A stretch of 64,000 bases of DNA from contig JALMLS010000538.1 of NCBI GenBank assembly GCA_038496445.1, positions 186,001 through 250,000 on the forward strand, written 5' to 3'. The translations under genes and the position numbers were made by a program. This DNA comes from Trichosphaerium sp. ATCC 40318 (taxonomy: Eukaryota > Protista > Tubulinea). Shown here piece after piece: positions 49,287 through 61,817 of the stretch. A model generated the notes under the pieces. That model did not search any database, had not been told where the DNA came from, and was given only the letters and a program-made list of their open reading frames with translations. Every line of letters begins with the position of its first letter. Within the stretch, counting starts at the first letter, position 1.

Positions 49287-50406
49287 TTACTCAGCTTTGT
49301 CCAAGTCTTCTTTCATCTCCTTCAAGAGTTGTACTATCTTTGGTTGCATAGTGTTAGGGCTGGTTGCGGTACCATAGCGCTTGTAAGGGACGCCATTGTG
49401 ATCGCATAGGAACTAGAGGAAAGTCATTAGCGCGACGAACAAAAACTAAATGTCAATGACTAAATGCAAAGGTTTTGTTTGGAAGTCGCGAGACAGACGC
49501 CGGTCGGAGGGGCTCAATAATTTATATGGTATAGTGTACCTTTGTAAAGTTCCATTTAATTGATGAGGTAAGCATGCCTGACTTTTTAGAGCACAAGAAT
49601 GCAAACAAGGGATCTTGATTTTTACCCTTGACATCGAGTTTATCAAACATTGGGAATTTAACACCAAATCCTGCAACAAACTTTTTAATCTGCTCGTTAC
49701 TGCCTGGTTCTTGACCACCGAACTATTAAAAAAAAAGAGGTGTTAATGAGAATGACGTTTTCGACAAGAAAAGAAGAAATGGCGGCTTACTTGATTGCAA
49801 GGGAATGCAAGCACTTCAAATCCTTCTTTGTGGTACTTTTCGCGCAACACTACAAGCTCCTTGTAGTTTACTATTTGTTGTTAGTTAACTCATAAATTCT
49901 AATTCTCCGGTGACATAATGCGCCATAAGCAAGTATTGTAGTTGTAGGAGATGCGTACCGCTTGTTACGCCTCACTTGGATGCGACGTTGACGACAACTG
50001 TCACTTTATTCTAAAAAACAGTTATAAAATAGAAAATAAGGTGGTAAATAGTGTAGCGGCGTCGAAGAGTTAATGAGAAGGAAAATATTTCGCCGACTTG
50101 TTTTTTGGATCAATTGTCGTTTCTGTGCCTTGAAGTCGCTCAAATCGACCATTTCGCCATCAATGTTCTTAACTTTAAAGTCAAATATGCTTTTTGGTAG
50201 TTTCTAAGCAAACCGTTAATAAAACCAACTACTGCTTCGGTACCTGTTCTGCCGACGTAGAATAACGAAAAGCTGCCAGGGCAACGGCGGCAGTAGCGCC
50301 ACCAACTATATGCGACACGCGTGTCTTCCTAACAGCCTCTAGTGCTTGAATTAGCTTTAAATAAAACACATTCAAACGTACGGGCGGCGAACCGATGCAA
50401 TAGCAT
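49287..50406 (-). CDS. GPX: Selenocysteine glutathione peroxidase (GPx4/PHGPx-like) with mitochondrial-type presequence; UGA-Sec at 49972-49974
   Basis: MLLHRFAA..AVRKTRVSH...|[21 protein letters not shown]|NKVTVVVNVASK-TGA-GVT|..[26 protein letters not shown]|[12 protein letters not shown]...FDKLDVKG...WNF|TKFL...KRY; SECIS downstream. Confidence 0.93.
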
Positions 50407-50900
50407 GGTTTGCTGTAATTTAATAATTTCACAGTTTGTGGCTCCAACTTAACCAAAATTACCATTTGGCCAACTTTCATTCTCATTTCTTTCTTTGTCA
50501 TATCCTACTCTTTGTGATAAGGTTAACAGTCAAATCATTGTTATTTGCATCATGTACCAAGTGCACACTAACTTATAAAGAACCTAAAATGCAGTGAGCT
50601 CAGATGTCAATCCAAATTCTCACCTGCCTCTTCAAAGTACAATCAGTGCCATTCCTTCTTCAACATACCATCGACATAACGCTCTTTCACTTCAGCAGTA
50701 CCGCCCTTATCCTGTCTTGCAGTGGTACACAGCAAAGTTCGACTTCGGAAGATGGTTTTCCGATAAATGGTAAAACGTGTTGCAATATTTTCCTAGTTTC
50801 TGTAACGTCTCAATAAAATTTCAGTGAAGAGGTCAAACTACTTTTGTACAAGTCGTACAAATTACTCAAAAGTTGTACGTATGCACCACCTGTACCTGTA

Positions 50901-53792
50901 ATGTCCCAAAAACCTAAAACAAGGAAGAGAAAGCGCAAAGCAATCAAAACATGCTCTGCTTGTAGACAAAGACATGAAAAGTGTGATGGAGGTCGTAAAT
51001 ATGCGCCATAATATGCCCTATGCGACTGTAGTAGTTAAAGCCTACATTAGGAAGTCCGTGCGTTCCATGTTGGCGGATGAAGACGGAATGTGTATATCTA
51101 GCGCCTAAAAAGAGAGGGCCACGCCCTGGTATGCTTTATATATAATATGATTTTATGGTAACGATGTTTGGCTAAATAGATTATTCAGGCTACAGAAAAA
51201 AGTACAAGGAGAAAATAGAAGAGCTGGAGGATATAATTAAAGAAAAAAATGAATTATTAGCGCGTTTAACTGGGAATGATGTCATGGAAATACAAATGTT
51301 GTCTCCGTCTAATATAGGCGTTCAGCTGGTACGCTAGCATATTTATATTAAAAAAAATTCCGTTCCGCTCGGGCCATCGGCTAAACTAGTTTATGCAAAA
51401 AATCGTTAAATTCACCACGTGCTTGTTTTTTTTTTTTTTTCTGTTCAAGTTTGTTTATTCGTTTAGGTTAATGCTGGTACTGTCTTTGGTTATGTAAATG
51501 ACTTGTATAACTACACATGCCAAATAACTGATATGGTTCTACCCATTGAAGTTGGTAGGGTATCATTATCTGTTGGTAAGATGGCCAGAAATCGAGAACG
51601 AAAAAACAATTTTATGTTTTTGTAGTAAAAAAATGGAAAGCCTTTTTCTAAATTTTTTTTTTGTTTAGCTTCTCCGAAGTCATTTCACGCTTATGCTACT
51701 GCGACATTTAGTGCATACCTGTCTGGTAATTTAAAGCAAAGAGAACAGCTCGAAAAGGTTGCTATTCGGTTTGGTCAAGAGATTGAAGGCGTCGTACATC
51801 CAAACGAAGCTGGTTTGTTATTTTCCTTTTTTTTTTTAGTCTTCTCACTTTTTTTTTCTCGTTTCACCTCGCTCTTACAATAAGCATTTAGGTGGACACC
51901 TTATACTTGGTATAATGTATTTCGTACAAGGCGACATGTTAAAAGCAGTAGCGCACACATCTAAAGCGAGCAAAACAGCAACAGCATTCAGAGAGAAGAA
52001 CAAAGGCAAACATACCTTTTTTAATAATTTTTTTTCTTGTATTGACACGAAATTCTTGTGATTTATTTTAATTCAATTCTAATTATCTTTAAAATCAAAC
52101 AGATCCTAGTATAAATGAGAAATACCTACTCGATCTCATCAAGTGGCACGATTCGTTGAATAAAAACGCTTCAAATGAGATAAGAGATGAGATTACTGAT
52201 GCGGTTTCTACAGCATTACTTGCTAAGTGTCATGGTAAATATTATAATATATATCCACGTTAAGGGAGGCATAACTAACGAATATTCTCTTTTTCAGGAG
52301 AAACATCTGAGCTATGCAGGATAGAAAAGAAACAACTGGTTTTCTTCCTTACTTCCAAAGTCCTACTTCGTGTACGCCTTTTTTGTGCTTATCTAGTGCT
52401 ATCACTATACTGACTACAAACAAGGTATCTACAGCACTTGCGAATGAAGAGACACTGACACCATCTGAACACACAACGCAAATGGTAGGGTCAACTGTCA
52501 TTGTAATCCAAAAAAAGCTATTTTGCAATAATAACCACGTTTTTGTACTCTTTTCGAAAAAACACTCATCACGTGTAGTTGTATATGATGCAAGCAGATG
52601 CTCTAATATCGCCAGATCATGGCGTATATGCACCCGTCATGTCTTTAGTAACAAAAGCTAAATTTCAGATGCTATGTGGGAACCGCAATAAGGCGCATGA
52701 AGTGCGTCTAGTACTGTTTAGTCGGATTTGGTTTTCTTTCGTATTTTTTTAATCGCTTTCTCACGTGACTTTTATAGTTTGCGTCTTCGGGATTGAATTT
52801 ATTAAAGAAAATGAATCTACAATCTATGATTGGGTATATTTTAATGAACAGCTTATTACCCGTGCGTACAAGCGAAAAAATTTTTCAAAAAAAAACTGAT
52901 CGTCCGTCTGACTTTCAATTTAGGTTTTTGCAATTATTGGTGCTCCTGATGAGTTTATTGAGTGCTTTCAGTATATTACAGAGTCTTCTAAAAAGTGAGC
53001 ACTAGTTGAATATGACAACATTACCGTACCTTCAAATCAAACGGTGGTTTAGCACTGACAGTATTGAAACAAAAATTATTAACTTTTTTTCGTTTAGGTG
53101 GCGGATAGCCAAGGTTGTAGTCAATGTACGGCTTTGTATTTCTTCTATGTCTTTGTCTAATATGCTGTAATTAGTTGTGGATGACTATGATAGATTGTGC
53201 TACAGGAGAAGCAACAGAATCAGATAAAAACACGCTAGAAACAGTTCAAAAAGCATGGCCAACTTATGCCCAATGGGAAGCTCAAAAAATTGTTGAGATG
53301 CTTCGTAAGGTTATTGATAATGGCTATAGTATTCAACTACCATATACAGTAAAGCATCAGTCGGATGTACAAGATGAAATGACTCAAGGACACAGTGAAA
53401 CAAGCTCACCAAGTCTAAATAGAAATAACAATGATGGAACTTTTTTCATCCAACAACAAAACTCGGAGGAAGATTCCTTTGCTGATCATGATCGACGTGA
53501 TTCCTTTGATGAACATGATCAACGTGATTCTGATGATACGAACCCTCCTTTAAACCAAAGTGTACTTAACATGCCTGTATCTTCTCGTACAGAACATAGT
53601 CGTGTACACGACGCAGAGGAGCTTTTATCTCTTCAAGATGATGATCTTTTGCCAAGTTTTTTTACTTCTGCTGGAGATTCTGGTATAAGAACTATGAATG
53701 TCCAGTCATTACAGGTACCTTCTTTTAACTTAGAAGAACCAAGATCAGATTGGGCTGCTATGGCAGAGAGTCAGTTGAACTTTAATTTTTAA
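50901..53792 (+). CDS. Zn(II)2Cys6 (GAL4-type) transcription factor, multi-exon; start may lie further upstream
   Basis: KRKAIKTCSACRQRHEKCDG|GSPCVPCWRMKTECVYLAPKKRGPRPG, followed by a coiled coil (KIEELEDIIKEKNELLARL), a helical middle region and an acidic disordered C-terminus. Confidence 0.88.
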
Positions 53793-54341
53793 AGTCAATA
53801 AAAAAATAAGAAAAGAAGAAAAGAAAGAAGGAAAAAAAAAAGTACTTTTGGTGTAAAATAAATGTAGGTTGTATTTCAAACGTGATCACCGTTTTATCAT
53901 ATTGTTTGAATGTCTGGGTATATCTGTTCCTCGTGGTACTGTTATTCGCGTGTGCTAAGTACTTCTTACACTCAATTAAGGTAATCAATGCTATGTCATG
54001 TAGCACTCTTGGCATACATACTAAGCTGTCTTAACTATTAGTATATGCACCACTTAACCGTACTAGGTGCAGTTAAAAGGTTTTAGGTATAAGGCGTTAC
54101 ATGAGAGAGGTAAGGAGAAACGGGTGATGTATTGATGTGGACGAACTTGCAGTTTGTGAAGTACATTCTTTGAACACACTTTAACACAAAAGATTGGTTT
54201 TACAGAACATTATTTGTAACTTCACTAATATGTACATATTAGTTTTTTCAAACCAAGTCAATATTTCTTCATTTACTTTGCGTTCTGTTGAATTTTCCAA
54301 TATTGGTATCAAACTCACAACCCGTCTTTGAAACGCTTGTA

Positions 54342-55579
54342 ATGGCATATATAAACATCGTATACGTCATTCTATTTTGTACAATAACTAGCGCGGTTTG
54401 TTCTCTTCCTGACTGTACGGTCACGTGTTCTTACCGTCTAACAACTTATTGTAGATGCCCACACATGTACAGGCTCTTCCAATTGTACATCAAAGTGTCA
54501 AAGCGCTGGAAAGTGTCTAGGAAGCGCCAATAGTGCCAGAAGAAAGTGTTATTGGTGCGGTTATCGGTTTCGCAGCAAAGATCCTTGTAAGAACCGTGGT
54601 ATATGCGTTGGATGCTCAGATGAGTTTGTATGCATCTGTAAACCGGGGTTCACAGGCACATTCTGCGAGATAGGCCCAGTAAGCCGTTTTATGGACGTTT
54701 TCGTGTTTTTCTACTCATTGACACGTGATAGAAAGCGTATACGCTGAACACTCAAGCTGAAGTACCAACGGCTACTTATAAGGATATAGTATATTGTTCC
54801 TCTTATGGATGTAAAAAACCTGAATACGAAGGTGATGTAGGACTTGTTAAAGCAACGTTACCACCTAAAGTTGTTCCAACAACTGAACCTACTGCATCGT
54901 TGGGATGTGGTGCGTCGTTTCGATCACCTGATGATCCAACTGAGAGGGATATGTGGCGGTTTGCAAATGATGCTAGATGTGACTATGGTCTTGAACCATT
55001 ACCAATAGAGGATAGGTACACACTTTTTATTGATCATGTTTTTCTTTCTTGACACGTGTTTTAGACTAATGACTATTGCTCAAAATCATGCGAGGGATAT
55101 GGGTATACGTGATTTCTTTGATCATGTGAATCCAGATGGGGATGACTCGGCAGTCCGCGCAGGACAAGTACACTATACTTTTTTAGCGTTAGGTGAAAAC
55201 ATTGCAGCAGGGTAAGATTTTGTTGTCCTTCTATGATGCTATAGGCGTATTCACATATTATTACAGACTCCCGGATGCAAGAGCTACAGTCAACTCGTGG
55301 ACTATGAGTGAAGGACATCGAGATAATTTGCTTGCAGGTACAAGTTGGTTTTTTTAGTATACTTGGAACTAGTACTGATTTTTTCTTTCAGACTTTACGG
55401 AGACTGGTGTTGGATACTTTCACATTATCAATAGTGCTCACCGATTCTATTATGTCCAAGTATTTGGTACACCATTAAATTTAAAGAGAAATGTACCACA
55501 CAATGATGTAATTACATACACAACGGGGACAACGTCAAGTTTCTATGTATCAAAAAAAATAAAGCATTCCAATTTGTAA
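54342..55579 (+). CDS. Secreted protein with EGF-like domain and bacterial-type CAP/SCP (YkwD-like) domain
   Basis: Signal peptide; DPCKNRGICVGCSDEFVCICKPGFTGTFCEI (EGF); AQNHARDMGIRDFFDHVNPDG...GENIAAG...WTMSEGHRDNLL...TETGVGY...YYVQVFG (CAP). Confidence 0.85.
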
Positions 55580-56123
55580 CATAATAATAACATATTTGTA
55601 AATTCGCCTGGGATTGTATTTTAATACTTGAGAGGCATGTATTGATGTCAAACACTATTTTGTACATTTGTTCCCGTTTTGAAACTCAAGCTCGTATTTT
55701 GGGTTGTTACTAATGTCGTGATGTTTTGTTAAGACTCAGGACGTGTTGTAACATGGAGTTCATACAAAGTCAACATTAATTCTTAAATGTTGATGTAGTT
55801 ACACGACACTAGCGTTAGTGTAGAGTAGTTGGAGACAGTTTTTCTTTGTTTGCAAGGTCAGTGGTAACATAGAATCAACAAACTTTGAAATGCATTGCCA
55901 GACTGGCCAACGGCTGTGCAAAGCAAGTTATAAACAAGGTTATTTTGTAGTATTTAGTACACACGTGTAGTAAAGATTCAACTTTTCCTTTTTTGCTGTC
56001 ACAATGTACTTTTTTAGCAAGGATATAACAGTTCGTTTAGCGTTTATGATCAACATTAAGTACCAAATAAATTTTCGCGAGCTTGTCCAGAAAAGCTACG
56101 AGTAAAAATTTTAGTAAAAGGTT

Positions 56124-56287
56124 AAAATCTGGTAGTATAAAGGAAGTACTATGGGATCTCCCCACATAATCTTCGACCTGGAGGCACGGGATTATATATC
56201 CCATGTAGGGCGAGTGAGAACTCGGTTTGTTGTTGGTGTGGGGAGAAAACACTTCCACTTATACTTCCAATTATACTACCAGATTTT
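56124..56287. mobile_element. Fold-back / MITE-like inverted-repeat element (~164 bp)
   Basis: AAAATCTGGTAGTATAA.GGAAGTA pairs with TACTTCCAATTATACTACCAGATTTT (17-bp perfect terminal match); internal TCTCCCCACA pairs with TGTGGGGAGA. Confidence 0.6.
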
Positions 56288-56454
56288 CCTAAAACTTCTA
56301 GACCTTACTTTAAGATATTTGGAAGTGTTATTCTATTAGAGTTACCCTCCTAAAACATGTGTAATAAAGGGTTATACGGTGGATAAGTAGTACTTGTTTA
56401 AGTCGGTATTAAATGAATAAAGGCAATCGAAATAAAAATCCAAGTTCTTGCATC

Positions 56455-58134
56455 ATGTCAAAGCTTCTTTTCGCGATATTACTTGTGTTGGCGCTTCTAG
56501 CCACCCTATGTGCCTGTCAGACAAGACCAGTAGCCCAAATCTATCCAAGTATTAACGTTATGGATGTAAGCGTAAGGGAAACAGATACAATGTTCGCAAA
56601 CGGTACTTTATGTATAATTATTTGGATAATTATGTCGACTTTCATTTAAAACTGGCACATTTTTATTTGGGCTAAGAACTTTTGTAATGAATACCCTACG
56701 CCCACAGATAACTACAAAGCAAATGTTTGCTAAAAAGAAAAGTTTGTGCTATAGCATAAAATTACGAGTTTTTGTGGGCCATTTGGTGGCAAGTCCATAA
56801 AAATAGTCAATTACGCACCAAGTGTTAGCGCAACAAGGGTTTAAGTTATCGTAGGCCTCTAGAAAACTCAAAATTTTATGCTCTTGTAACGTGCCTGTTT
56901 CAAATGATAGTCAACATAATGTTTTTACCAAAACACAAAGCACAATCTCAACTCACGTGATGGAGACTAATTTTGTTGTATTATAGATGCCCTTTTTGGT
57001 GTAACATTTGCCTACAGTGGCCCTTCATCCCCTATTTTACGTACGTACAAAGTTTTACAGGCCGTCCTTTGTCTATCCAACATAGTCTTCAGAAAATAAT
57101 TAAATCAACCAAGTCCAGTTCAAGGTCACCGTGATATTTTGTAATGAGGTTCTTTATGTAGTTCCTGCTGTCGACGGATCTTTTATTCTATTGCTAGATA
57201 CAGACGCAGGAGTACTTATAGTGAAAATGCAGGATGATACTTTTGTTTGTTCGACCACCACAATGGCGATTTGAGTAATACTGAAGTAGGTGGTTTCATC
57301 GATGAAACGACGTTTATCACTTATGATGGAAATTCATTTTTCATCAACACCATTGATACTTCCACTACCACGTGTGTGGTTACTACTTCACCATCATGTG
57401 GAACAACAGGTGGTGATGTGGGAGATGGTAAATGCATTTGTAGTAACTTTTTATCTTTATTTGCAAAAACCCACCTTTCTCTATTAACAACGTTTCGTTT
57501 TTAGTTGAGGTTGCTCCTGGTACATCATATGTTGTATATGACGATAGTAGCATGATGGGCAGAATCGCTTCATTCCCTACATCGAGTCTTGTTGCGGCTC
57601 CTTGTGATATAGACCTTACTGGAGTCACGAACATTGGTAATGAGATTACTCCTGAAGCTTTCATAATTGATCGTATTGATGATGATTTCTTGTATGTTGA
57701 AAACGGCGGGTTTTTTTCTGTGGCTTTGATGGGAGGTATGTTCATAAAAAAAAAAGTTGTGTTTTTGATTTAACCGCATGTTAGGCGCTCGAGCCATGTT
57801 CACTCAGTCTCCCCTTGGTGGTCAAGCTGCCTTTTATTCTGGATTCAATCTAGCTGTGCCTACAACTCCACCTCCATCAACGCCACCACCTTCAACTCCA
57901 CCACCTTCAACGCCACCTCCGTCAACGCCTCCACCATCAACTCCACCACCATCAACGCCACCACCATCAACTCCACCACCTTCACCTGCACCTCCAGTTT
58001 CTACATGTGTCAGCAAGCCGTACGACAATCATTTTAAAGTCCACCTTTTTTTCATTTGACCATTTTTAAAGGAAGATATCGATACGAGACAGAATCAAAA
58101 TGCTTCGCCGTTAATTATTATAATCGTTGTATGA
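56455..58134 (+). CDS. Secreted multi-exon protein of unknown function, paralog A (with STPPP repeat); 3' end uncertain
   Basis: Signal peptide MSKLLFAILLVLALLATLCAC; exon structure conserved with the paralog at 61818. Confidence 0.65.
56629..56920. mobile_element. MITE-like insertion (~290 bp, ~33-bp imperfect TIRs) in intron 1 of paralog A
   Basis: The left end ATTATGTCGACTTTCATTTAAAACTGGCACATT matches the reverse complement of the right end, ATTATGTTGACTATCATTTGAAACAGGCACGTT, at 28/33. The segment is absent from the same intron of paralog B. Confidence 0.7.
57862..57996 (+). repeat. 15-bp coding tandem repeat TTPPP-(STPPP)7-SPAPP
   Basis: Direct repeats of tca acN ccN ccN ccN; paralog B has only one unit. 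Confidence 0.9.
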
Positions 58135-58444
58135 TATTCATATCCTATACAAGCTCTTACTTAGGACTACCTTAAGTTCTTTTCGTGTTCTTCTTATTTA
58201 TCACTGAATTTAACTTTCATAATTGAAACCGGCCTGTTTAGTTGTTCCAACAGATATATTTAAAATTGTCTTCGTTTATTCGGTAAAACAAGAAATGCAC
58301 AACAATTACACTTTGAGAGTTAACAGATTTGACAGATCTCATTGTTTGCAACTTCTTACAATCAGGCATGTCTTAACGAAAAAAGGAGTTTGTCTCTACA
58401 AAACCACGATAGAGACACCTCGTTGCAGCAAAGAATCACTACAA

Positions 58445-59152
58445 ATGTCCATTATCAAGAACGCCTTCAGAAGCATCTTTTCAGCCATTTTCAGATGTAC
58501 AACATCGGCAGATGAAGAACCGACGCTCGAAATGCAGCCACAGTTCCCTGGAGAGACTGATTACGAGATAATACAACGGTTGGTGACGAAAGAACTTGGA
58601 GAAAGCGTGATCGTTCCACTACCGGCAGAGGAACTGAAAAAGCCCGGTACAAAGAAGAACAAGAAGAGGAAACCAAAACTTCGAAGTTCAATTCAAGCGC
58701 CAAAACGAAACCATCGACGAAAGCAGCATGACAAGGAGAAGAAGCAGCATGCCAAAAAGAAGTCAAAGAATAGGCGCTACTTTCCTGTTCACGACAACAC
58801 ACCAAGGAATACAGATGATGCGCTGGCAAGGTTTTACGAGCGACAGAGGATAAGAGAGGAAGCCAAGGTACAACAAGGTACGCCAAAAACAGTTTCTAGG
58901 GCAGAGTCACCTCAAGATGATCGGCACACTTCCTCCCAAATTCGACAAGAAAACCACCAGACCTCACAACAGCGCAGACGCAGGCGCAAGGGAAATAAGG
59001 TACGAGCAAGTAGTGGCGCTAACGTTTTACTTGAGGAAGAAGATTGCAGCGAAATTCAAGTTGAATCAATTTTCAGCAAGGAATTGCTCGCTCAATGGAA
59101 GCATGAATTCGAAGTTGAGGCTCTTTATGGCATGACTATGAAGAAGCCTTAA
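58445..59152 (+). CDS. Intronless basic, disordered protein of unknown function
   Basis: 235-aa ORF from MSIIKNAF; Lys/Arg-rich NLS-like tracts; higher GC than flanks; AATAAA just downstream. Confidence 0.6.
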   Translation: MSIIKNAFRSIFSAIFRCTTSADEEPTLEMQPQFPGETDYEIIQRLVTKELGESVIVPLPAEELKKPGTKKNKKRKPKLRSSIQAPKRNHRRKQHDKEKKQHAKKKSKNRRYFPVHDNTPRNTDDALARFYERQRIREEAKVQQGTPKTVSRAESPQDDRHTSSQIRQENHQTSQQRRRRRKGNKVRASSGANVLLEEEDCSEIQVESIFSKELLAQWKHEFEVEALYGMTMKKP

Positions 59153-60280
59153 CCTCAGAAGCTTCAAAAAAGAAAATAAAATACCTTTTTTTTTTACCTT
59201 CTCTTTGGGTTTTTGTTCAGCTCTTTTGCTTTCTCTACGTTTGTTGAGTTTTTTCCACAGTATTGTTTACACGAGAACAGCAAATTGCTGACGTGCAACA
59301 TTATCTGAAACGAAGTTTAAGCCTTGTTAGTTTTCCTTTACCTGCACACTGTTTCGTATTGATCATGTTCAGTACTTAGTATTCTACGCTTCATAGCGTG
59401 TGAACAAACCATTGAGAGTTCCCAGCAAGATCGCTTTTGTTGATGCAAAACCAACGAAAAAGATCTTCAAAGCATCATCAATCCATTTTAGTACGCATTG
59501 CGAATCATAACAACGTATTTTGGAGTCAAAAAATGTTGGTGAAAAGCCAGTTTTTAAACGAGCGTTTAAAATGGCGCCAAAGCAAGAGGATCTCTTGTAT
59601 TCAGTAGATAAACGCTTTGTACAAGAGCAAAGCTAACAGATATTGTCGACGGTACGATCACGTTTTTTTGAACCAAAAAGGCAGTATCCGGTTTAAAGCG
59701 TCACCAACGCTATATTTCGTTTACGTTATAAAAATAAGGCATGTTTTGAGTGATAAGCACCTTAGGGAAGCGATTCCAGAAAGATGAAGCTGTTTTTGGA
59801 TCAAACTACTCGGAAACGTCTTCCTCTACGCTAGTAACATACCTCACGTTACTACATGGTTGATCATACAAATTCTTCGTTCTTAGGATTCCTAGCGAAT
59901 TAATATCCATTGAAAATACAGATTAGTTTCATAATACGCCCAGAATACATTGCACGCAAATGAATAAACCATTGTAAGTTGCATTTGAGGCTTTGTCGAA
60001 TTTCACTTTTTTTCACTTTTCTTTCTCAACAAGCCACTCTATCGATTTACTTCATAACTCCACATCTTAAATCTCAACTTCGAAATACGTATATATGCTA
60101 TTAGTTCGACTTGATATGCTTCGATTACCCTGTACAACGCATTGGAGCGGTTTTCTCAAAAACCGTGGTAAACCACAATTTTTTTGCAACAAGAAATTAC
60201 TTGGTTAAAAGGAAAATCGATTTTTTATCTAGTGGAAGCATACGAATACTACAACTATAATATCTATACTTCTGCTTGAC

Positions 60281-60550
60281 ATGTCAAGACTACTCCGAGC
60301 AGTGCGAAAGTACGCTCGTAAAAAATACAATTCTCTCCTGGGCAGACCATTAGTGATTAAAGTCACGGTCACAGTCCCTAAAAGCATCCTGGTTAATACC
60401 AGACCAGACTACACATACGCTCTGACTTGGGACCCACAGGTAGAAGACCTCTACTACCCACCTACAGGCGTATCAAATATCATAATGATATCCAGCTATG
60501 ACATAGATCTAGCAAAAATGGCATTCGAAGGCGGAAGCCCAAGAATGTAA
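60281..60550 (+). CDS. Small intronless ORF (89 aa) ending directly in an A-rich tract; possible retrocopy
   Basis: ATG-TAA ORF whose stop codon runs into a ~33-nt A-rich tail; a degenerate tandem copy follows. Confidence 0.5.
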   Translation: MSRLLRAVRKYARKKYNSLLGRPLVIKVTVTVPKSILVNTRPDYTYALTWDPQVEDLYYPPTGVSNIIMISSYDIDLAKMAFEGGSPRM

Positions 60551-60704
60551 AAAAAAAAAAAACAAAAAAAAAACAAAAAAACAATTTTGCTACAACAAAG
60601 AGGTTGTAACCTTTTACTTGTATATCTAGTAAGCAATATGAATAAATTCTTTGTGATGTGGAAACGTACAAATACTAACTATTAAATTGATACTTATGGT
60701 TATA

Positions 60705-60907
60705 GTGTCGAGGCTAATTCTAGCAGTTGGTGATTAATGTCATGGTCACAGTACCTTCAAGCATTATCTCAGACACTGAATCAAAAGAACCCAACACTTA
60801 CATGTTCACATAGGACCCAATCATTGATTACGTATTGCTCCAATGGGTATGGTGAACCACCATGCATAGATGAACGTTTAGAGCTGACAAGTGGCGAAGA
60901 GGTTTAA
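60705..60907 (+). pseudogene. Degenerate tandem copy of the 60281-60550 ORF
   Basis: gtgtcgaggctaattctagcagt resembles atgtcaagactactccgagcagt; gtgattaatgtcatggtcacagtaccttcaagcat resembles gtgattaaagtcacggtcacagtccctaaaagcat; the W codon of TWDP has become TAG (acataggaccca). Confidence 0.7.
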
Positions 60908-61817
60908 AGTAGTACACAAATAAAATACTGGAGTTTTTACTTTGTTCAACTGTTTTTATCTAGACAATACGAATTCAAGACTCAATCAAGGGTGGACCCT
61001 TATACCTGTAGACGTCATTTTATAGCCAGCCACATGTCTCAAGTACCAACATTGTTGCAAACATAACTATAGCTAACAGTTTAGCTTTACACGAACTTTA
61101 CCAACATAAGACTCGAAAAAATAGGACACAGTGGGCAGGAGAAGTCGTACAATTTGATAGGTTTATTTCTACTGGAATTGTGGGTTTTTGGTACTAAGAG
61201 CCCTTAATGAATACGCCAGTATTCCACTCACAATTTGGGACTGCTTTAAGCTACGATATGCTGGTATTGCCGCTTACATCCTGTACAATGTACAACTCGT
61301 TTTTTTAGTGCACTAAAGACAAAACACTGCGACGCGGGCATTCTGTACCCAGCATTGACGCGAAAGCAAGGAGACACGGCAAGTATAACCAAGGCATGAG
61401 AGAATTCTCCAATTAGATTATAGACGCCTTATTGTTGATCTGTAACGCCACTGCATTACTCTGCGGTGTTTTAGAGGTAAATAAAATACAAGCTTTCACG
61501 TGCCCAAATAGTTGACAGATCTCCCAGAACTTACTTATTATTTCTTATATTTAATTACTTGCTACAGACAATACTTCCAGATTTTCGAAACTTCTTCATA
61601 TCTTACTTTTATGATTTAACTTGTTAGCGTACGTTTTTTCGATATTACAACATTTTAAAATAAAACTTGTGATTACTTAATCTCCTACAAATTAGTCTTT
61701 GTTTTGTTCCTAAAACATGCGTTATAGAGGGTTATACAGTGGATAAGTAGTACTTGTTTAAGTCGGTATTAAATGAATAAAATTGGCAATCGAAGCAAAA
61801 AGCCAATTTCTCCCTCC

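Noticed and set aside
49972-49974. Possible variant genetic code (UGA=Cys/Trp) or GPx pseudogene
   Set aside because: TGA terminates other genes here (e.g. at 12928, 26211, 41387), and the TGA sits at the catalytic position in both copies with a SECIS present, so Sec recoding explains it.
53470-53535. 27-bp tandem duplication (DSFADHDRR/DSFDEHDQR) in the Zn2Cys6 factor tail
   Set aside because: This is ordinary slippage in a disordered region.
57862-57996. Short direct-repeat array as a possible CRISPR or telomeric repeat
   Set aside because: There are no spacers, and the variation is at synonymous third positions, so it is a coding Pro-rich repeat.
59240-59990. Minus-strand stretch with intron-like signals and broken reading frames
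   Set aside because: It may be a decayed gene, but I could not build a coherent ORF or recognise any motif.
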